Below, piece by piece: positions 39,702 to 47,604 of a DNA stretch of 64,000 nucleotides. A program made the position numbers and the translations under genes. The notes under the pieces were generated by a model. The model was not told where the DNA came from. It searched no databases and worked only from the letters and a program-made list of their open reading frames with translations. This DNA is from Frankiaceae bacterium (GTDB lineage Bacteria; Actinomycetota; Actinomycetes; JAWWOL01). Position 1 is the stretch's first letter; the number at the start of each line of letters is the position of its first letter. The stretch spans positions 14,357 through 78,356 of the forward strand of contig JBJMHZ010000043.1 of assembly GCA_045807125.1 (NCBI GenBank), read 5' to 3'.

Positions 39702-40711
39702 CGCAGCGCCGCCGCCAGGTCGAGCGCGGCGCCGGCCAGCCCGGCCGCCTCGCCCGGGCCGGTCATCAGCAGGGGGACCGCCCGGCAGGCGATGCCGGCG
39801 GCCTCGAGCTGGGCGCGCGCCGAGTCGGCGTCGGCGTCCCGATCGTGCAGCAGCCAGCCGTCGAGCAGCCCGCCGTCGCGTCGCGCGCCGTAGTGCAGCG
39901 CCACCGCCCGCGCGCTCGTCTCGACGCCGATCGCCGCTAGGCAGGCGTCGGCCATCCCGCGCACCGGGGCGCCGCCCACGATGGGGGACACGCCCACCAC
40001 CGGCGCGCGGGCTGCCCGTATCGCGTCGGCGATGCCGGGCACGGCGAGGATCGTCCCGATGCTGACCACCGGGTTGGACGGCGGCAGCAGCACCACGTCG
40101 GCCGTCGCGATCGCGTCGAGGACGCCGGGCGCGGGCCGCGCGCCGGCTGCCCCGATCGCGACGATCGCGGTGGCCGGCACGGCCGCGTGCAGCCGTACCC
40201 ACCACTCCTGGAAGTGGATGCGCCTGGTGCCCCCGGCGGCCTCAGCCACGTCGACGTGCGTCTCGACCCGGTCGTCGGTCATCGGCAGCAGCTCGATGCC
40301 CGGCTGCCAGCGCTCGCAGAGCCGCGCGGTCGCCTCCGACAACGGGGCGCCGGCGGCGAGCATCGCGGTGCGCAGGACGTGGGTGGCGATGTCGCGGTCG
40401 CCCAGGCCGAACCACTGCGGCTCGGCCCCGTACGCGGCGAGCTCCTCCCGGACGGCGAACGTCTCGTCCGAGCGCCCCCAGCCCTGGCCCTCGTGGATGC
40501 CGCCGCCGAGGGTGTACATCACGGTGTCGAGGTCGGGGCAGACCCGCAGCCCGAACAGCGTGATGTCGTCGCCGGTGTTGCCGACGACGGTGACGGCGGC
40601 CCCGGGCGCCGCCGCCAGCAGGCCACGCAGGAACCTGGCGCCTCCGATCCCTCCGGCCAGCGCCACGACGCGGCCGCTCCTCGGGTCGGCCGTGCGGTCG
40701 CTGGCGGGCAT
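39698..40711 (-). CDS. fbiA: 2-phospho-L-lactate (or EPPG) transferase (CofD/FbiA)
   Basis: Motifs are [45 protein letters not shown] and [14 protein letters not shown]. Confidence 0.9.
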   Translation of the reverse strand: MPASDRTADPRSGRVVALAGGIGGARFLRGLLAAAPGAAVTVVGNTGDDITLFGLRVCPDLDTVMYTLGGGIHEGQGWGRSDETFAVREELAAYGAEPQWFGLGDRDIATHVLRTAMLAAGAPLSEATARLCERWQPGIELLPMTDDRVETHVDVAEAAGGTRRIHFQEWWVRLHAAVPATAIVAIGAAGARPAPGVLDAIATADVVLLPPSNPVVSIGTILAVPGIADAIRAARAPVVGVSPIVGGAPVRGMADACLAAIGVETSARAVALHYGARRDGGLLDGWLLHDRDADADSARAQLEAAGIACRAVPLLMTGPGEAAGLAGAALDLAAALR

Positions 40712-40793
40712 GCGCCCATCCTGCCAAGGCCCGGTGCCGGCGGGCGCGGCGCCCACCCGGGCGGGCCGATCCGGCCCAATACCACCAGACGGC

Positions 40794-40823
40794 TTGACGC
40801 GGACGCACCAACGCGCGTGTAAT
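40794..40823 (+). promoter_or_regulatory. Candidate sigma-70-type promoter of whiB2
   Basis: TTGACG (40794-40799), N18, TGTAAT (40818-40823) lie in a 200-bp non-coding region about 90 nt upstream of the whiB start. Confidence 0.35.
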
Positions 40824-40910
40824 TCCAGTCGTGTCATTCCCTCTCGCCAGGGCTCCCATGGTCCGGGCGCAGGACACCGCACCGTCGACCGCGTCGTGGA
40901 GGAGGAAGCG

Positions 40911-41183
40911 GTGAACGAGCTGTCCTACCTGCTGGGTGACCTGCTGGGAGAGGAAGAGGAGGCCCTGCTCTCGTGGCAGGAGCGGGCGCTTTGCGCCCAG
41001 ACCGACCCGGAGTCGTTCTTCCCTGAGAAGGGCGGCTCGACGAGGGAGGCCAAGCGCATCTGCGTCGGGTGCGAGGTCCGCGCGGAGTGCCTCGACTACG
41101 CGCTGGCGCACGACGAGCGGTTCGGCATCTGGGGCGGGCTGTCCGAGCGGGAGCGCCGCCGCCTGAAGCGCCGGGCCGGCTGA
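40911..41183 (+). CDS. whiB: WhiB-family [4Fe-4S] transcription factor (WhiB2/WhmD-like)
   Basis: Motifs are C-x..-C-x2-C-x5-C (ALCAQTDPESFFPEKG...AKRICVGCEVRAECLDYAL) and GIWGGLSERERRRL. The SD ggaggaag precedes GTG 40911. A longer N-terminus is possible. Confidence 0.9.
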   Translation: MNELSYLLGDLLGEEEEALLSWQERALCAQTDPESFFPEKGGSTREAKRICVGCEVRAECLDYALAHDERFGIWGGLSERERRRLKRRAG

Positions 41184-41198
41184 CCGGCCGGCCGGAGA

Positions 41199-41220
41199 GC
41201 CGTAGCCACCCAGCTACGGC
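41199..41220 (+). terminator. Candidate hairpin downstream of whiB
   Basis: gccgtagc cacccа gctacggc forms an 8-bp stem with a 6-nt loop, 16 nt after the whiB stop. Confidence 0.4.
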
Positions 41221-41234
41221 GCGTACGCTGGGCG

Positions 41235-44200
41235 GTGCTTCAGGCCCCCGACCCCCGCGAAGGCATGCCCTCTTCCAACGTCCCGCCGTCCCACCCGCGC
41301 CACCTCGTGACCGCCGTCCTGGTGGCCCATGACGGTGAGCGCTGGCTCCCGCACGCGCTCGCCGCCCTCTCGGCGCAGCGCCGGCCGCCGCAGCGCCTGG
41401 TCGCCGTCGACACCGGCAGCGTCGACGGCAGCGCCGAGCTGCTGACCGCGGCGCTCGGGCCGTCCAGCGTCCGCACCGCCGACCCGTCGACCGGCTTCGG
41501 CGCCGCCGTGCAGCTCGGCCTCGACGCCTTCGCGGGAGCGCCGCCGCCGCCGGCCCCGCCGCCCTCTCCGGACGAGCCGGGTGGCGAGCCGGTGGAGTGG
41601 GTCTGGCTGCTGCACGACGACTGCGCGCCGGAGCCCGACGCGCTGGAGCGGCTGCTCGCGGTCGCCGACGCCACCGCCTCGGTGGCTGTCGTCGGGCCGA
41701 AGGTGCGCGACTGGTACCGCCCGCAGGTCCTGCTCGAGGTCGGCATCACCACCGACCGGGCGGGTCACCGGCACACCGGGCTGGACCGCCGCGAGGTCGA
41801 CCAGGGCCAGCACGACGACATCGGCGACGTGCTCGCCGTCGGCAGCGCCGGTGCGCTGGTGCGGCGCGACGCGTGGGACGAGCTGGGCGGCTACGACCGC
41901 CGGCTCCCGCTGTTCAGGGACGACCTCGACTTCGGCTGGCGGGCGAGCCGCGCCGGGCACCGGGTGCTGGTCGCCACCGACGCGGTGGTGCTGCACGCGC
42001 AGGCCGGCCACCGTGGCCTGCGCCCGCTGGCCGCCACCGCCGACCGCCCGCACCGGGTCGACCGGCGCCACGCCCTCTACACCGTGCTGACCAACGGGCC
42101 GGCCGCCCTCGCCGCGTGGCGGCTCGTCGCGCTCGCCGCCGATACGGTGCTGCGGGCGCTGGTCGCCCTGCTGGCCCGACGGCCCAGGTACGCGCTGGAG
42201 GAGGTGGCCGCCTATCTCGGCCTGCTCCGCCGGCTGCCGGCGGTGCTCGCCGGGCGGCGGGCCAGGGCCCAGGCCGGCACCGCGACCGTCGGCAACCGCT
42301 CGCTGCGCCACCTCTTCCCGCGCCGCGGCGCGCGGGTGCGCACCCTGCTCGACGGGCTCGGCGCGCCGCTGCGCCCGGCCGCCGCCGCGCCCGGACGGCA
42401 CCAGGGCAGCGCCGCGGGCCGGTGGCGCCGGATCGCGGCGCGGCCTGGCGTGCAGCTCGCCGTCGCGCTCGGGCTGATCGCGGCGGTCGCCGAGCGCCAC
42501 CTGATCGGCGCCGGTGGGCTGCTGCTGGGCGGCCGGCTGGCGCCGGCGCCGGGCGGCGCGTCCGACCTGTGGCGCACCTACCTGTCGAGCTGGCACGACG
42601 CGGGGGCCGGCAGCACGTCGGCCGCCCCTGCCTACCTCGGTGCGCTCGCCGTGCTCTCCACCGTGCTGCTCGGCAAGGCCTGGCTCGCCGTCGACCTGCT
42701 GCTCCTCGCGGTCGTGCCGCTCGCCGGGATCTCGGCGCACCTCGCCCTGCGGCACCTGCGGGCCGGCCCGCCGCTGCGCGCCTGGGCGGCCGCGACGTAC
42801 GCGCTGCTCCCGGTCGGCACCGGAGCCCTCTCCGGCGGGCGACTGGGCGTCGCGGTCGGGTTCGTGCTGCTGCCGCAGGTGGTCGCGGCCGTGGCCAGGG
42901 CCGGCGACGACGCATGGCACGGTCGCGGCCTGCGCCGGGCCTGGCTGGCCGGGCTGTCGCTCGCGGTGGCTGCCGCGTTCGCGCCGGAGCTGTACCCGAT
43001 CGCGCTCGCGGCCGCCGCCGGCGCCACCCTCGCCGCGCTCGCGTCGGCGGCCATGGTCGCGGCCGGCCGCGGCGCGCTCGTCGGCTCGCGGGCGAGCGTG
43101 ACCGCGCTGCTCTGGGGCGCCGGCCGGCTCGCCGCCGCCGGCACGGTGCTGCTCGCCGTGCCGGCCGCCCTGCTGGTGCCATGGACGTTCGCGGTCTGGC
43201 ACCGGCCGGCCCCGCTGGCGCTCGGCATCGGTGGACCGGCCAGGTCGCTCGCCGCGCCGCGGCCGTACGAGCTGCTGCTCGCCCATCCGGCCGGCCCTGG
43301 CACGCCGCCGGCCTGGGCGCTCGCCGGTCTGCTCGCCGCTGCCCTCGCGGTGACCGTGCGCCGCGACCGGCCAAGGGTGGTGGCACTGGCGCCGTGGGGC
43401 CTGGTCGCCGCCGGATGGGTCGCCGGGCTCGTCGTCGCGCGCACGGCCGTCACCCCTGACGCCGGCGGTCCGCCGGAGACCGGCTGGCCGGGCGCCGCGG
43501 CCGCCGTCGTCGGCGCGGGGCTCGTGGTCGCCGCCGTCCTCGCCGCCCGTGGCGCGCGGGGATGGCTGTCCGGGAAGTCCTTCAGCTGGCACCAGCCGGT
43601 GGCCGCGGTGCTCGCGGTGGCGGCCGGCGCGGCTCCCCTGGTGCTGGCCGGTGGCTGGCTGGTGCGCGGCACACCGGGCCCGCTGCACCGGATGCCGGCC
43701 GGCCAGGTGCTCCCCGCGTTCGTCGCCGAGGACCTCGCCGCGTCGCCCGGCGTCCGCGCCCTCGTCCTGCGGCGGGAGCGGGACGGCGCGGTCGGCTACG
43801 CCCTGGGCGGCGGCTCCCTGCGCACGCTGGCCACCACCGACCTGCGCGTCACCCGGGCCGGCACCGACCGGCTCGCCGACGCGGTGCGGCACCTGACCGC
43901 CGGTCCTGGCGACGCGGCGGCCGAGCTGGCCGCGCTGGGCGTGCGCTACGTGGCCGGCGTCGGGGCCGCGCCCGGCCGGCCCGACAGCCGGCTCGACGCC
44001 GCCGTCGACGCGCAGCCGGGCCTCGTCCGCTCCACCGCGGGCGGGGCGGTCTCGATCTGGCGGGTGGTGCCGCCCGCCGGTGGCGCGGTGCTGCTCTCGC
44101 CGTCGCTCGCCCCCGCGGCGAGGGGGCCGGCGCCGCGCATCGGCCAGCTCGCCGCCGACCCGCCGCACGTGCTGTCGCTGTCGGCCACCGGCCACGCCGC

Positions 44201-44570
44201 GACCCGGCTGCCGGCCGGCCCGCCCGGCCGGCTGCTGGTCGTCGCGACGCCGGCGGAGGGGCACTGGCGGGCGAGCGTCGACGGCCGCCCGCTGCCCCCG
44301 CGGATCGCGTGGGGATGGGCGCAGGCGTTCGCGGTGCCGGCCGGCGGCGGCCATCTCGTCCTCGCCCATATCGACCACGGCCGGACCGCGGCGCTCTGGT
44401 GCCAGCTCGGGCTGCTGCTCCTCGTCCTCGTGCTCGCCGCGCCGACCGTGCGCGACGACGACCTGCCCGCCCGGCGCCAGGCCGTTCCCGAGCCGGCGCC
44501 CGCGATGAGCCACGCCCCGGCCGAGCCGGCCGCCGAGCGGCTGCCGAGCGGCGCGAGGGCCGGCTCGTGA
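41235..44570 (+). CDS. Giant GT2 glycosyltransferase fused to a polytopic membrane domain
   Basis: The N-terminal GT2 signature is VTAVLVAHDGERWLPHALAALSAQ, LLHDDCAPEP and FRDDLDFGWR. It is followed by about 800 aa with many TM helices. The start is GTG 41235 or ATG 41265. Confidence 0.8.
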   Translation: MLQAPDPREGMPSSNVPPSHPRHLVTAVLVAHDGERWLPHALAALSAQRRPPQRLVAVDTGSVDGSAELLTAALGPSSVRTADPSTGFGAAVQLGLDAFAGAPPPPAPPPSPDEPGGEPVEWVWLLHDDCAPEPDALERLLAVADATASVAVVGPKVRDWYRPQVLLEVGITTDRAGHRHTGLDRREVDQGQHDDIGDVLAVGSAGALVRRDAWDELGGYDRRLPLFRDDLDFGWRASRAGHRVLVATDAVVLHAQAGHRGLRPLAATADRPHRVDRRHALYTVLTNGPAALAAWRLVALAADTVLRALVALLARRPRYALEEVAAYLGLLRRLPAVLAGRRARAQAGTATVGNRSLRHLFPRRGARVRTLLDGLGAPLRPAAAAPGRHQGSAAGRWRRIAARPGVQLAVALGLIAAVAERHLIGAGGLLLGGRLAPAPGGASDLWRTYLSSWHDAGAGSTSAAPAYLGALAVLSTVLLGKAWLAVDLLLLAVVPLAGISAHLALRHLRAGPPLRAWAAATYALLPVGTGALSGGRLGVAVGFVLLPQVVAAVARAGDDAWHGRGLRRAWLAGLSLAVAAAFAPELYPIALAAAAGATLAALASAAMVAAGRGALVGSRASVTALLWGAGRLAAAGTVLLAVPAALLVPWTFAVWHRPAPLALGIGGPARSLAAPRPYELLLAHPAGPGTPPAWALAGLLAAALAVTVRRDRPRVVALAPWGLVAAGWVAGLVVARTAVTPDAGGPPETGWPGAAAAVVGAGLVVAAVLAARGARGWLSGKSFSWHQPVAAVLAVAAGAAPLVLAGGWLVRGTPGPLHRMPAGQVLPAFVAEDLAASPGVRALVLRRERDGAVGYALGGGSLRTLATTDLRVTRAGTDRLADAVRHLTAGPGDAAAELAALGVRYVAGVGAAPGRPDSRLDAAVDAQPGLVRSTAGGAVSIWRVVPPAGGAVLLSPSLAPAARGPAPRIGQLAADPPHVLSLSATGHAATRLPAGPPGRLLVVATPAEGHWRASVDGRPLPPRIAWGWAQAFAVPAGGGHLVLAHIDHGRTAALWCQLGLLLLVLVLAAPTVRDDDLPARRQAVPEPAPAMSHAPAEPAAERLPSGARAGS

Positions 44571-46072
44571 GGCGGCCGCCGGGAGCGCTCGTCGCCGTGC
44601 TGGCGGTGGCCGGCACGGCGGTCGGCGTCACGTCGGCGGTCCTCGGCCCGCAGCGGCCGGCAGCTCCCGCCGCTCCGGCCGCCGCGGTCGTGCCCGTCAC
44701 CGACGCCACCCTCGTGTGCCCCGACCCGTCCGGCGTGCCCGGCCGGCAGCGCACGACGGTGGGAGCGGCCGCGAGCCCGGGGGTCGACGCGGGAACCGGC
44801 GGCGAGAGCGACGGCACCGTCGCCGGCGGCGTCCTCGGCGAGCCCGCGGCCGACCTCCTGCGGGGACCGGGCCGCGCCGCCACCAGGTCGTTCGCCGGCT
44901 CGGCCGGCCCGTACGTGGTCACCGCGACCGGGCCGGTCGCCGCGGGGCTCGAGGCGGTGCAGCTCAGCCGCACCGACGGCGGTGCCGAGCGCGGCCTCGC
45001 CGGCGCGCGGTGCGTCCGGCCGGCCACCCGGTTCGCCTTCGTCGGGGTCGGCACCAAGGTGGGGGAGGACCCGCGGCTCTACCTGACCAATGCCGGGGAC
45101 GTCCCCGCCCTCGTCGACCTGTCGCTCACCGGTACCGCGGGGCCGCTGCCGTCCACCGCCGGCCAGGGCCTGCGGGTCGGCGCGCACCAGCGGGTGGTCC
45201 TCCGGCTCGTGGGGCTCGTCCCTGACCAGGCGGCGCTCGCGGTGACGGTGACGGCCCGCAGCGGGCGGATCGCCGCCGCGCTGCGCGACACCAGGCGGCA
45301 GGGCGACCGGCCGGGAGGCGTCGACTGGGTCCCGCCGGCCGCCGCGGCGGCCCGCACGCTCGTCCTTCCCGGGATCGACTGGCACGCCGGGCAGCAGCTG
45401 CTGACGATCGCCGACCCCGGCCCCACCGCCGCCGCGGTGCGCGTGCAGGTCGTGAGGGGCGACGGGTCGTTCGTGCCGAGCGGCCTCGACGCCGTGGCGG
45501 TGCCGGCCGGGCGGCTGCGCACCGTCGACCTGACCGAGGCCGTCGGCGGCCGCGGCGCCGCCGTGCGGCTGGTCAGCGACCGGCCGGTGCGGGCCGGGCT
45601 CACGTCGACGCTCGCCGGCGCCGGCGACTACGCCGACTACGCCGACACCGCGTTCGCGACCGCCACCCGCCCGGTGAGCGACGTGGTCGTACCGCTCCTC
45701 CCGATCGACCCCCGGCTGCACCAGGTGGCCGGCGTCCAGCTGGTGGCGGCCGAGGGCGCGGCCACGGTCACCGTCCGGCCGATCGGCGGCGGCCCGGCCC
45801 GGCCGCTGACCCGCTCGCTCGCCCCCGGCACGATGGGCCTCGTCGACGTCGCCGCCGACCTGCGCGCCCGCGGGGCGGTCGCCCTCGAGCTGCACGTGCT
45901 GCCGGGCTCCGGCCCGGTCCACGCGGCGGCCTACTGGTACGAGCAGGGCACCAGGGGGCCGATGCTCACGGTCGTCGAGCTGGCGTCACCGGCCCGCACG
46001 CTGGCGGTGCCGGCGCTCCGGCCGGACCAGCTCGCCCCGTACGCCGGCGCGCGGGATCACTCCTCGTCGTAG
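44567..46072 (+). CDS. Membrane-anchored exported protein of unknown function (DUF5719-like)
   Basis: It is GTGA-coupled to the giant GT2. It has an N-terminal anchor (ALVAVLAVAGTAVGVTSAVLG) and a beta-rich body. The family name is from memory and unverified. Confidence 0.6.
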   Translation: MRRPPGALVAVLAVAGTAVGVTSAVLGPQRPAAPAAPAAAVVPVTDATLVCPDPSGVPGRQRTTVGAAASPGVDAGTGGESDGTVAGGVLGEPAADLLRGPGRAATRSFAGSAGPYVVTATGPVAAGLEAVQLSRTDGGAERGLAGARCVRPATRFAFVGVGTKVGEDPRLYLTNAGDVPALVDLSLTGTAGPLPSTAGQGLRVGAHQRVVLRLVGLVPDQAALAVTVTARSGRIAAALRDTRRQGDRPGGVDWVPPAAAAARTLVLPGIDWHAGQQLLTIADPGPTAAAVRVQVVRGDGSFVPSGLDAVAVPAGRLRTVDLTEAVGGRGAAVRLVSDRPVRAGLTSTLAGAGDYADYADTAFATATRPVSDVVVPLLPIDPRLHQVAGVQLVAAEGAATVTVRPIGGGPARPLTRSLAPGTMGLVDVAADLRARGAVALELHVLPGSGPVHAAAYWYEQGTRGPMLTVVELASPARTLAVPALRPDQLAPYAGARDHSSS

Positions 46073-46497
46073 CCGTCGACCGTCTCCGGATCGAGCCCGA
46101 GCAGCTGCGCCACCTGCTCGACCACCACGTCGTGGACGAGGTCGCCCAGGTCGAGCTGGTCGTGCGCACGAGCCTCCAGCGGCCGGCGGTAGACGACGAT
46201 CCGGGCGGGCGTGCGGCCGCGCGCCGGCAGCAGCCGGGCGAGCGGGATCTCGTCGGCGAGGCCCGCATCGTCCGGCGCGGCCGGGAGCGGGTCGACCGGC
46301 GGCACGTCCTCGACGGCGAACTCCACGTGCCGCAGCTCGGCAGACCAGCGGTGCTCGAGGTGCTCGACCGCGTCCAGCACCAGGTCGTCGAAGAGCTCGC
46401 TCCTCGTGCGCGCCCCCGGCAGCCCCGCCGGCAGCAGCGGGCCGCGCAGGCCGCGGCCGTGCCGGTCGCGACGGACCGGGCCCCGCGGTCGCCTCAT
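46057..46497 (-). CDS. Zincin_1/DUF1025-like (metallopeptidase-family) small protein, zinc motif apparently degenerate
   Basis: The 146-aa product has the acidic C-terminus LVHDVVVEQVAQLLGLDPETVDGYDEE. Where the family normally carries HExxH, this sequence reads VEQVAQ. Confidence 0.5.
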   Translation of the reverse strand: MRRPRGPVRRDRHGRGLRGPLLPAGLPGARTRSELFDDLVLDAVEHLEHRWSAELRHVEFAVEDVPPVDPLPAAPDDAGLADEIPLARLLPARGRTPARIVVYRRPLEARAHDQLDLGDLVHDVVVEQVAQLLGLDPETVDGYDEE

Positions 46498-46541
46498 AGC
46501 CGCCAGGGTAGCGGTGCGCTGCGCTCCCTCGGCCGGGCGGA

Positions 46542-46584
46542 GCCGGACGGGCCGGCACGGGCCGACACGGGCCGACACGGCCGT
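46542..46584. repeat. Tandem 10-bp direct repeats (about 4 copies of GCCGNCACGG) in a divergent promoter region
   Basis: The sequence reads gccggacgg gccggcacgg gccgacacgg gccgacacgg ccg. It lies between the divergent starts at 46497 (-) and 46640 (+). Confidence 0.7.
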
Positions 46585-46639
46585 GCGACATGGCGACGGT
46601 GGTGGCCGTGGGGGCCGCGGCCGGATACCTTTCGCCTCC

Positions 46640-47014
46640 GTGAGCCCCCTTCGGCGTTGTTCGCGCGCCGCGTGCGGCCGGCCGGCCATCGCGACGCTGA
46701 CCTACGTCTACGCCGACTCGACCGCCGTCGTGGGTCCGCTCGCCGCGTTCGCCGAGCCGCACTGCTACGACCTGTGCGCCGAGCACGCCGACCGGCTCAC
46801 CGCGCCGCTGGGCTGGGAGGTCGTCCGGCTGGAGACCGACCTCGCGGCCCTGCAGCCCTCCGTCGACGACCTGGAGGCGCTGGCCGACGCCGTGCGCGAG
46901 GCCGGCCGCCCCGGCGACGGGCCGCCGGACGGCCCCGGCGGCCCCCCGGTCGTGCCCCCGCCACCGGGCGGTCAAGGCCGCCGCGGCCACCTGCGGGCGC
47001 TGCCGACGCCCTGA
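46640..47014 (+). CDS. DUF3499-like protein
   Basis: The sequence is RRCSRAACGRPAIATLTYVYADSTAVVGPLAAFAEPHCYDLCAEHADRLTAPLGWEVVRL. I chose GTG at 46640. Confidence 0.7.
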   Translation: MSPLRRCSRAACGRPAIATLTYVYADSTAVVGPLAAFAEPHCYDLCAEHADRLTAPLGWEVVRLETDLAALQPSVDDLEALADAVREAGRPGDGPPDGPGGPPVVPPPPGGQGRRGHLRALPTP

Positions 47015-47093
47015 CGGCTGCCGGGGAGCCGCCGGCACGCCGGCCAAGCCAGCCGGCCAAGTCAAATGGTGGCCGCTCGTGCCCGTGATGCCG

Positions 47094-47133
47094 GATTGGC
47101 CCCGCTTGCCCCCGGCTTGCCCCGGCTTGCCCC
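47094..47133. repeat. Phased direct repeats (G)CTTGCCCC, 3 copies plus a degenerate 4th, spacing 10-11 bp
   Basis: The sequence reads attggcccc-gcttgccccc-ggcttgcccc-ggcttgcccc. Copies start at 47104, 47115 and 47125, in the intergenic region upstream of the gene at 47216. Confidence 0.7.
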
Positions 47134-47176
47134 TGACACGCCGTGCCTTCAAGCATTCCGGGCGATGCTCCGATGG

Positions 47177-47188
47177 GGTGACGTCACC
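47177..47188. promoter_or_regulatory. Perfect 12-bp palindrome GGTGACGTCACC, about 28 nt upstream of a start codon
   Basis: It was read directly from the sequence. It lies between the phased repeats and the SD (ggag) of the gene at 47216. Confidence 0.4.
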
Positions 47189-47215
47189 ACCCCTTCCCCC
47201 GTTCGGAGTCATTCG

Positions 47216-47488
47216 ATGAAGCCGCCAGCCGTCCGCTCCGCCGTCGCCATCCCGGCCCAGGCGGCCCCGTCCTCGCTCATCAAGGTGCCCGACTCGACGC
47301 GGGCCCGCTGCGTCGCATGCGGCAGCCCGAAGCTGACCCAGATCGCCATGACGCTCACCGACGGCTCCCCCGTCCAGTTCACCTCCTGCCGCCACTGCGA
47401 GCACCGCCGCTGGATCGACGGCGGCCACGACGGCGGCCACGTCCTGCCGGTCGACTCGGTCCTCTCCAAGGCCACCAAGCGCACCTGA
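47216..47488 (+). CDS. Small zinc-ribbon-like protein (C-x2-C ... C-x2-C)
   Basis: The 90-aa product reads RCVACGSPKLTQIAMTLTDGSPVQFTSCRHCEHRRW. The SD ggag precedes ATG 47216. Confidence 0.6.
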   Translation: MKPPAVRSAVAIPAQAAPSSLIKVPDSTRARCVACGSPKLTQIAMTLTDGSPVQFTSCRHCEHRRWIDGGHDGGHVLPVDSVLSKATKRT

Positions 47489-47604
47489 GCTCCTGGCTCG
47501 TCCCCGCCGTCCACAGCCGGGCCGCAACCCTGGGTCGGCCGTCGTCACCTACGGGTAGGCTCGCCGACGAGGGTCCGACTTCTTGGACGGCAGGAGGCGC
47601 CGGC

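Noticed and set aside
41214-44513. A 1099-aa ORF on the minus strand covers the whole giant GT2 gene. Similar very long antisense ORFs are found at 53162-56245, 31925-34003, 35863-38250, 57186-59003 and 29931-31976.
   Set aside because: Their translations are dominated by Arg/Gly/Pro/Ala runs with no recognisable motifs. They lie exactly antisense to ORFs that have clear family signatures and GC3-rich codons. Stop-free antisense frames are expected by chance at this GC content.
46542-47133. Short direct repeats as a possible CRISPR array or mini-satellite.
   Set aside because: The units are only 9-10 bp, are contiguous with no spacers, and number 3-4 copies. The two arrays have different sequences and are separated by a protein-coding gene. 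No cas genes are in the window.
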